A program made the position numbers and the translations under genes. Of a stretch of 23,422 bases of DNA, positions 16,886 to 23,422 are shown piece after piece. Source of the DNA: Candidatus Altiarchaeota archaeon (GTDB lineage: Archaea; Altiarchaeota; Altiarchaeia; IMC4; SCGC-AAA252-I15); the NCBI GenBank assembly GCA_043813075.1, contig JBDRLL010000024.1, positions 1 through 23,422 on the forward strand. The letters run 5' to 3'. The stretch's first letter is position 1, and every line of letters starts with the position of its first letter. Under the pieces are notes generated by a model. The model was not told where the DNA came from and did no database searches. It saw nothing but the letters and a program-made list of their open reading frames with translations.

Positions 16886-17407
16886 ATGATGCCCGAACGG
16901 CTTGTGATAATCCAAGGCGACATAACTGTCCAGCGAGTCGACGCGATAGTGAACGCCGCCAACAACACACTACTCGGCGGAGGCGGGGTTGACGGCGCAA
17001 TACACCGTGCGGCAGGCCCGGAACTGCTGGAAGAATGCCGTAAACTAGGCGGCTGCGAGACAGGGGAAGCCAAGATAACCAGCGGATATAAACTACCCTC
17101 AAGATGCGTCATACATACCGTCGGCCCAGTATGGCATGGGGGAGGGCATGGTGAAGATGGTCTGCTGGCTGAATGCTACCATAATAGCCTCGACTTGGCG
17201 TCACAACACAACCTGTCTTCCATAGCGTTCCCGTCAATCAGCACTGGCGCCTACGGATTCCCCGTCGGCAGGGCCTCTAGGATTGCAGTCCGCGAGATAC
17301 TGGATTTCCTACGCCAACATGACACTCCCCGCCAGGTATTCATAGTGTGTTTTGACGTTGAAACACGCAGGCAATACTCTACAGCACTCAGGGAAGCCTT
17401 GTTTTAA
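16886..17407 (+). CDS. Macrodomain O-acetyl-ADP-ribose deacetylase (YmdB-like)
   Basis: [52 protein letters not shown]. Confidence 0.95.
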   Translation: MMPERLVIIQGDITVQRVDAIVNAANNTLLGGGGVDGAIHRAAGPELLEECRKLGGCETGEAKITSGYKLPSRCVIHTVGPVWHGGGHGEDGLLAECYHNSLDLASQHNLSSIAFPSISTGAYGFPVGRASRIAVREILDFLRQHDTPRQVFIVCFDVETRRQYSTALREALF

Positions 17408-17429
17408 CTGTTTTTTACGGATTCTTCTA

Positions 17430-19310
17430 ATGAATAACATGCCTGGAGACGCGGATGAAGACTTGAGGAACCTGCGCAAAAAATTCTTCCCCAACCTGCC
17501 TGACAAAGACGGTGGAGAACCCCGCGAGACCGCGTCAAAAGACGTGCAGGAGCCTGATGAAGGGCCTGCCAAATCACCTGCAAGCGGAACCCCCCCAGAG
17601 GATCGTTCTCTTAAGCCTACCCGCGTCATAGGGGAGGAAAGAGCTAATGAGCCTACCACACCCCCACGTCCTGAAGCGCCAGTGAACGGAATACGGCAGC
17701 CAACATCACCCTACCCTGAGGGGATATCCTCCATAGCACAGGAACTAGGGATTCCTGAGAGAAGACCTGTCAGAACCCAGCCGCCAATGCCTCCAAGCAC
17801 TGAAGCCTCAGTGAATCCGGAGTATGACGCACCCCAGCGAGAGCAGGTTAGGCCAGCTCCACAGGAACAACCGGCAAAACAGCCTTATTCCCCAATACCC
17901 CAGGAAACTCAACCTCCATCTCACCCAATCCCGCAGGAAACTCAACCTCCATCTCCTCCCGCTTATTCGCCAGTCCCCTCGAAGGAGCCTCCAACACAAA
18001 CACCATCCAAGCCCGCGCCTACCGCAAAACAAGATTCCCCACCCGACCAGAAGGTGGAGGATGAGATAGAGCGTTTAAGGAGGAAATACAATCTAGGCTC
18101 CAGCGAACCAGGAGACTCCGGCAAAGAAAAGCCTACCGGAGCACTAACATGGAGTGCGCCAGAAGAGCCAAAGGCTGAAAAATCCATGGAAGAAGCCAAG
18201 TCCGGGGGAAGAAAGATTCCAGTCAAGATAATACTCATACTCGTCGTCTTAGCCGCGGTAGTCGGGGCGGCATACTACGTCCTAGTGATGTCCCCTCCAG
18301 AGGAGAAGCTATACCAGTGCCCGACCGGCGAGTTCATGGCCAACCTAAGCGCATGCCCGCCAATAGAGACCACGACGACGACAGAAACAACGACACTACC
18401 CCCAACGACACTACCCCCCTTCATATTCACCACTTCAACGACAACCACACTGCTGGTCATAAACTGCACGATAAACGATGACTGCAGTAACAAGGAGGCT
18501 GAACGCTTATTCTGCGAGGACCGGTTCGTCAAGACCTCGTACGTGACCTACCTCTGCATGAAGCCTGGCACGCCAGAATCCTACTGTGTGGCAAAAGCGA
18601 AGACGCCACGCCTTGTGAAGAAGTGCGGTGACAAGGAATACTGCCTGGACGGGGAATGCTACAGCGAAAAATGCAGGAACAACATGCTCGACGAGGGAGA
18701 GGAGAAAGTCGACTGTGGCGGAGTATGCAGGGAATGCGGTCCAGAAGACACCGCATGCAACAACAACAAGGAATGCGGTGAAGACGACTGCGGCAACTAC
18801 CACTGTAAGGACGGCGACGTATACATGCACTGCACCAGGAACATCTGCATTAACCCCGGCAAACCCAACGCCGAATGCAAGACCGAAGAAAAGGTAGAGC
18901 TCAACGACAAATGCGGTTTCGCTGAAGTATGCATAGAAGGCCAGGACGACTGCATATCAGGCCACGGCGCCAAAGCCAACTGCCACGACTGCATCAGGAA
19001 CCAGGGGGAGGAGGGCATAGACTGCGGCGGACCATGCCCCAAATGCGCCATACGCCCTCAAATGGCGGTAGACACGATGAACCTCACATCACTCGACACA
19101 TTCGAGTACGAGCTCTACAAACTGAAGTTATTGCGTGTGACCGTAGAGGAGACGTGCGCCAACGAAGCGAAGATAATGATAGTAAGCCCAGACGGACCCT
19201 GGAGGAACACGCAAGTAAGCTACCATGAAAACACTGAAGTATACGGCCTACAAGTCGGCCTAGTGCGGGCGGAACCCAGCTACGCGATAGTATGGCTCTA
19301 TAAGCCCTAA
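17430..19310 (+). CDS. Type II membrane protein: Pro-rich disordered cytoplasmic N-terminus, TM helix, Thr linker, Cys-rich extracellular repeats
   Basis: TM IILILVVLAAVVGAAYYVLV; two C.[ND]...[DN].GEE..DCGG.C..C units and two duplicated Cys modules. ATG 17430 or 17439 is preferred over the overlapping TTG 17352. Confidence 0.75.
   Translation: MNNMPGDADEDLRNLRKKFFPNLPDKDGGEPRETASKDVQEPDEGPAKSPASGTPPEDRSLKPTRVIGEERANEPTTPPRPEAPVNGIRQPTSPYPEGISSIAQELGIPERRPVRTQPPMPPSTEASVNPEYDAPQREQVRPAPQEQPAKQPYSPIPQETQPPSHPIPQETQPPSPPAYSPVPSKEPPTQTPSKPAPTAKQDSPPDQKVEDEIERLRRKYNLGSSEPGDSGKEKPTGALTWSAPEEPKAEKSMEEAKSGGRKIPVKIILILVVLAAVVGAAYYVLVMSPPEEKLYQCPTGEFMANLSACPPIETTTTTETTTLPPTTLPPFIFTTSTTTTLLVINCTINDDCSNKEAERLFCEDRFVKTSYVTYLCMKPGTPESYCVAKAKTPRLVKKCGDKEYCLDGECYSEKCRNNMLDEGEEKVDCGGVCRECGPEDTACNNNKECGEDDCGNYHCKDGDVYMHCTRNICINPGKPNAECKTEEKVELNDKCGFAEVCIEGQDDCISGHGAKANCHDCIRNQGEEGIDCGGPCPKCAIRPQMAVDTMNLTSLDTFEYELYKLKLLRVTVEETCANEAKIMIVSPDGPWRNTQVSYHENTEVYGLQVGLVRAEPSYAIVWLYKP
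17891..17955 (+). repeat. 33-bp intragenic tandem duplication (PIPQETQPPS x2)
   Basis: CCCAATaCCcCAGGAAACTCAACCTCCATCTC at 17891 and CCCAATcCCgCAGGAAACTCAACCTCCATCTC at 17924. Confidence 0.85.
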
Positions 19311-19362
19311 AGACAAATTTATATTCCATTAAACCACTAATAATAGAGTTCTAAAAACATTC

Positions 19363-19436
19363 GCCTCAGTAGCTCAGTTGGCCGGAGCGACCGACTTGTA
19401 ATCGGTAGGTCGGGGGTTCAAATCCCTCCTGGGGCT
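19363..19436 (+). tRNA. tRNA-Thr (TGT)
   Basis: GCCTCAG/CTGGGGC acceptor, ACCGA-CTTGTAA-TCGGT anticodon arm, T73; TATA TTTATATT at 19318. Confidence 0.96.
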
Positions 19437-19576
19437 AACGGCTCACTCCGTTAACACGTGGGAGCCATCTTCGCTAACGCTCGATGCCTCAGCATGTTAC
19501 ATCAAATCTGTTCTCTTTCCGTGCACGCTTTCTTTTTTTGAAAAGAAAGGGTGCTTTAAACACCTCCTGGGGCTAA
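19425..19576 (+). mobile_element. Structured non-coding mini-insert flanked by a 14-bp duplication of the tRNA-Thr 3' end
   Basis: CCTCCTGGGGCTAA at 19425-19438 and 19563-19576; contains hairpin module X (19462-19490) and inverted module Y (19509-19552). Confidence 0.65.
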
Positions 19577-19592
19577 GTCTAGTCCTAAAGGT

Positions 19593-20774
19593 TCATATCC
19601 ACGACATCATGTTCACCTTAAACTCCACCATCACCGCAGACATTATTATGAACAATGTGGTGAAGAAGATGACGTCCTTCCTGTCCAGCTCACGTCCGTA
19701 ATAGATGAATAAAGGCCATATGACTCCGATGTAGCGTCCTATCGAGTCTCCTCCGCCGGATATTGAAGTGTGGTATGCCATAAAGCATAGCGCGTAGATC
19801 ATCAAGTCCTTGTCCACGCCCTTCAGATAATAGGCTCCCACCAGCGCGAAATACGAGAAGATGATTCCCAGCATGGATAAGCCAAGCAAGCCCATAAACG
19901 GCTTGAACACGTATCCAGAGCATACTTCAGTTATCTCTGTCAGGGTGAATCCAGTGTTGCCTGGGACTTCGATGAACATCCAGTATAAGAGTGGCATGCA
20001 AAAAATATTCAATAATATGATGCTCCTCATCAGCACACCCATACTGGACCTGCCATACTCCCTCCTAACGTGTATGAGGGATAGTATCGGAAACAGCATC
20101 ATGCCCGGCCATCTTGTGAGCGAGGCGAGGAAAAGCAGGAATCCCACCACAACAACCCTCTTTTTCTTTAACATCATCCACGCGAGCAGCACGAAAATCA
20201 GGAACAAGGGTTCGCTGGCTGAACTCACCCACGTCGTGACGTTGTACGGGTAGAACGAGAATAATATGGACGCCCTAAAAGCGGAGTCAGATCCCAAATA
20301 CTCTAGTGAGACGATGTAGAACAGAATCAATGCGATTATCGACGCGACATTAGTCACAAGCAATCCCGCCAGAACGTCTCCAGTCAATCCCGACAAAAAC
20401 CCTATCAACACGGGATACACAAACGGCCAATTATACTTGCAGTATGCCTTATCAAAGCCTTCAGGCCTCTCTCTTAGCGTGTTGAAATACACCATCTCCC
20501 GTTCGGACACTCCATACCAGTTCCTGGATATGTCGACATAGACTTTAGAGTCGAACGTGTAGCCGAACTTCTCTCCCACAGGGACGTCGTCATACGTCTT
20601 ATTCAAATACCTCCAGTTATGCTTCAAATCATCCAGGTCCGAGCCTATCGCATGGGCGACATACTCCACTGGAATGAAAAACACGGTGCACACCATCAGG
20701 ACCTTCATCAAAACGCAGAATACCACTAACCTCCGCATGTTCCTCACGTCCATCCCACCTAATACGCGATCCAT
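19593..20774 (-). CDS. GT-C fold membrane glycosyltransferase (PIG-V/PMT-like mannosyltransferase)
   Basis: FDS..Y.DI, WPFVYP.LI, GLLVTN, A.RA..LF..YP, SEPLFL, LASLTRWPG, RYI..IWPLF; multiple TM helices. Confidence 0.75.
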   Translation of the reverse strand: MDRVLGGMDVRNMRRLVVFCVLMKVLMVCTVFFIPVEYVAHAIGSDLDDLKHNWRYLNKTYDDVPVGEKFGYTFDSKVYVDISRNWYGVSEREMVYFNTLRERPEGFDKAYCKYNWPFVYPVLIGFLSGLTGDVLAGLLVTNVASIIALILFYIVSLEYLGSDSAFRASILFSFYPYNVTTWVSSASEPLFLIFVLLAWMMLKKKRVVVVGFLLFLASLTRWPGMMLFPILSLIHVRREYGRSSMGVLMRSIILLNIFCMPLLYWMFIEVPGNTGFTLTEITEVCSGYVFKPFMGLLGLSMLGIIFSYFALVGAYYLKGVDKDLMIYALCFMAYHTSISGGGDSIGRYIGVIWPLFIYYGRELDRKDVIFFTTLFIIMSAVMVEFKVNMMSWI

Positions 20775-21000
20775 TCTAAACCAGTGCCATACACCCTCCA
20801 GTCCATGAGGCCGATGTCAGCGGCACGCCAGTAGGACATGCTCTCCCGCCCGCTTAAACCACACCCAAGCCGATGAAACCCCCGTAAAACGAGACCACAA
20901 CGATGCCGACGATGACGGCCGGGGCAGAAAGCACGAAATACCCTGCAGACGCCTGACCCAACCCCATAATACAATATACTCGTATATTATTTTTAATACC

Positions 21001-22506
21001 ATGATAATCAACAACATGCGGGAAAAAATCGTAATCATGGCCCTAACACTGCTCGCCATAGGATGCATGACCTCCAACGACCCGGTGAAAGGGCCTTTGA
21101 TAATAACAACAACACACACGACCACGACCACGTCAACACTCCCACCAATAGTCTACAAGACCTACATGAACCCGGAATACGGGATAATACTGGACTACCC
21201 TGAGGACTGGGCGAAGACAGACGACTACCGGGGAGCCATCGTCCTACTGGAAAGCCCCCTGGAAGACTACTTCGACGAATTCACAGAGAACGTGAACATA
21301 GTCGCCAACCCCCACGGCGGAGAAATCCTGACAGAGAAAGAATTCAGGGAACTATCCCTAATAGAATACCCGAAATACCTGGAAAACTACACTCAAATCA
21401 ACGTAACCACAGTAACCGTTAAAGACAGGAGGGTGATACAACACACCTACCGGATAACCCACGGAAACTACACGCTAATCGGCGTGCAACAAATACACTA
21501 CATCGGACCCTACACCTACGCAGTCACATTCACAGCCGAAGAAAAGAAATACGAGAAATTCCAACGCATCGCCACAGAAGTGCTCAACTCATTCGAGAGG
21601 GCCGTCAGCCTTGAGATAACCACAGACAAACACACCTACCTGCTCGGCGAGGAAGTCCGCATATTCCTCCAAAACAAAGGCACAGGCACCGCCCTAGTGG
21701 AAGACGACCTCTGCACAGCACCCCCCGTGAAAATACTCGACTCCACTAAAAACATACTCACAACCCGAAAACCAGACTGCCGATGCACAACCAACCCCAT
21801 CAACATAACCATACCACCCAACGAAACCATAGAATACAAGCTCCACGCAGACCCCCTCACCGTCGGATGGAACCAGCAATACTACAACATAAGATTCTAC
21901 AAAAGCCTATGCACCTACCCAGGCTACCAGGAATCACTCAACCTAACCAAAAACAAAAAACACGCGACCGAAGGAGAATACGAAATCCAAGTAGAATACC
22001 AGGGATACAACCCCCACACCCAAAAAATAATAGCAAACAGCAGAAGCGCCAGCAAATTCCAGATAATACACGCCACAACCACCACAACAATACCCACCGG
22101 CCCCTTCATATACCACCCACGCAACCAAGACACAGTCAACATAACAGAAGACGACACCGGAATCAACATAACAGTCTACAACAACCAAAAAGACGGCATA
22201 ATAAACCTACAACTCAAAGCCATAGGACCCCAAAACCAAGAATACCGGATAACACCCGCATTCGCCCACCTAAACGCCCACCAAAACACAACCTTCACCA
22301 TACTCCTAACACACCAAGACATACACTCCGGCGACAACATAACAATCCAAATCCAAAACCAAACCCACGAAAAAGACACAATGATAACCATCAAAAAACA
22401 AGTCACAACACAAAGAATCGGCGGCCTACCCATCATACCCATCGCCGACCCCCTCAGCGACCAAAAAAAATACCAACACGACAAAAAAAGCCCCTGGGAC
22501 TCCTAA
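21001..22506 (+). CDS. Secreted lipoprotein with PsbP/DcrB-like domain and Ig-like domains
   Basis: LLAIGC lipobox, Thr linkers, YKTY.NPEYGI.LDYPEDW, FTENVNI, Y.VTFTA....YE, SLEITTDK.TY..GE.V.I.L.N.G; start 21001 or 21016. Confidence 0.7.
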   Translation: MIINNMREKIVIMALTLLAIGCMTSNDPVKGPLIITTTHTTTTTSTLPPIVYKTYMNPEYGIILDYPEDWAKTDDYRGAIVLLESPLEDYFDEFTENVNIVANPHGGEILTEKEFRELSLIEYPKYLENYTQINVTTVTVKDRRVIQHTYRITHGNYTLIGVQQIHYIGPYTYAVTFTAEEKKYEKFQRIATEVLNSFERAVSLEITTDKHTYLLGEEVRIFLQNKGTGTALVEDDLCTAPPVKILDSTKNILTTRKPDCRCTTNPINITIPPNETIEYKLHADPLTVGWNQQYYNIRFYKSLCTYPGYQESLNLTKNKKHATEGEYEIQVEYQGYNPHTQKIIANSRSASKFQIIHATTTTTIPTGPFIYHPRNQDTVNITEDDTGINITVYNNQKDGIINLQLKAIGPQNQEYRITPAFAHLNAHQNTTFTILLTHQDIHSGDNITIQIQNQTHEKDTMITIKKQVTTQRIGGLPIIPIADPLSDQKKYQHDKKSPWDS

Positions 22507-22510
22507 GAAA

Positions 22511-23422
22511 ATGAAATGCCCGAAGTGTGGTTCATTAGCGCAGGAAAAATGGAGTTACTGTCCAGAATGCGGCTTCAACCTAATCAAAATATCTGAACTA
22601 TTCACAGACCCCCGTAAATACCTCTCCTTCAGAGGCGAGAATCTACCAATACTATGCGACAATTTCACACTGCTCGGTGGAATAAACATACTCCCCGGGG
22701 CAGGTATTGTAAAAGCAAGGAAGACGCTGTCAGACACAGCTTCCGTGAACCTATTCCAACTGCAGGTAATGGCGTTGATATCATACAGTCCAATACTAAT
22801 TGAAGACGTATTCCGTGTCGCGCGTCTCATGGGATACTACATGGTCTACCCCTCAACACAAAAATTCGCGGTCAACAAGATACTCCAAATGGTGAAATCA
22901 AGGGAACAAGAATCATGGAAGATACCAGCAAACAACCTGATAGTAGACTACATGCGGAGATCCTGGCGTAAAAACAAGATAGGCCTCGTGGAAGAAGTCA
23001 CTCCCTCAGACGGAGAAATACACTACAAAATCCGTGAAGTCGGATGCAGCATCAAGGCCATAAACTCCGAATACTGTTCACTAGTAGCCAACCTCTCTGG
23101 AATGGCCGAAGCACTGACCGGAGAAATATGGGCTGGCAGGCTTGGCAAGTGCGGGCACGAATGCGATGGCTGCTGCGAAGTAATAATACACCCAGGCGAC
23201 GAAAAATTCATCAAAGAAGACCTATCCCAAAAAGAATACGGAGAAATACAAAACGAGATAATCAACTCAATAGCCACCGGAAAACAAAAATACCCGCGAG
23301 AAAAACTCGGCCCAGACTTCCACATAAGCCTACACCAAACACTAAACTACCTACTCCTAAAAGCCAGCCCCGGCCACCGCATACTCTACAAACACTGCGC
23401 AGTAAAAGCAGGAGAACAACTC
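22511..23422 (+). CDS. Zinc-ribbon plus V4R-like domain protein (runs off window)
   Basis: Manual translation: MKCPKCG......WSYCPECG; ...YKIREVGCS....CSLVANLSGMAEAL...KCGHECDGCCEVII; REKLGPDFHISLHQ starts a probable second unit. Absent from the ORF track. Confidence 0.65.
   Translation, partial: MKCPKCGSLAQEKWSYCPECGFNLIKISELFTDPRKYLSFRGENLPILCDNFTLLGGINILPGAGIVKARKTLSDTASVNLFQLQVMALISYSPILIEDVFRVARLMGYYMVYPSTQKFAVNKILQMVKSREQESWKIPANNLIVDYMRRSWRKNKIGLVEEVTPSDGEIHYKIREVGCSIKAINSEYCSLVANLSGMAEALTGEIWAGRLGKCGHECDGCCEVIIHPGDEKFIKEDLSQKEYGEIQNEIINSIATGKQKYPREKLGPDFHISLHQTLNYLLLKASPGHRILYKHCAVKAGEQL

Noticed and set aside
16688-16915. Minus-strand ORF over tRNA-Pro
   Set aside because: Antisense to a well-formed tRNA gene with no protein features
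19494-19504. ATGTTACATCA shared with the MNT operator half-site (7604-7614)
   Set aside because: An 11-bp half-site match is plausible by chance; revisit only if other element copies retain it
21783-22514. 243-aa His/Asn/Gln/Arg-rich alternative-frame ORF
   Set aside because: Frame-shifted shadow of the skewed codon usage in 21001-22506; T is rare at the first position, so stops are rare
1-23422. CRISPR array, integrase, transposase or rRNA
   Set aside because: No regularly spaced repeats or recognisable catalytic motifs were found by eye

Overview
Archaeal chromosomal window. Evidence: L14e, Cbf5, a SelB-like protein, BRE/TATA promoters and BHB tRNA introns; the gene style suggests an uncultured lineage such as Ca. 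Altiarchaeota, which is inference only. It holds about 20 CDSs, including a DEAD-box helicase, a membrane spermidine-synthase-like protein, a cupin, a stand-alone voltage-sensor domain, a HEPN/MNT pair, a sulfatase-like protein, MsrB, a cytosine deaminase, two GT-C glycosyltransferases, a macrodomain protein, several Cys-rich surface proteins and a Zn-ribbon/V4R protein. There are five tRNA genes: Ile2-CAT, Ser-GCT, Ala-GGC with intron, Pro-GGG with intron and Thr-TGT. The most unusual structure lies around the tRNAs. (i) tRNA-Ile2 heads an integrase-free array of two gene cassettes, each closed by a copy of the tRNA 3' end. (ii) Non-coding inserts of about 100-125 bp, flanked by 12-14 bp duplications of tRNA ends, sit at tRNA-Ile2 (5' end) and tRNA-Thr (3' end). 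They share a covarying hairpin with each other, and the Thr insert shares a second module with the Ser/Ala spacer. Together these suggest a tRNA-targeting mini-element and cassette-capture system. Also notable: C33 in tRNA-Pro, an identical G.A mismatch in both BHB motifs, a pore-less voltage sensor, a potentially switchable helicase leader, and patches of extreme A+C versus G+T strand skew.
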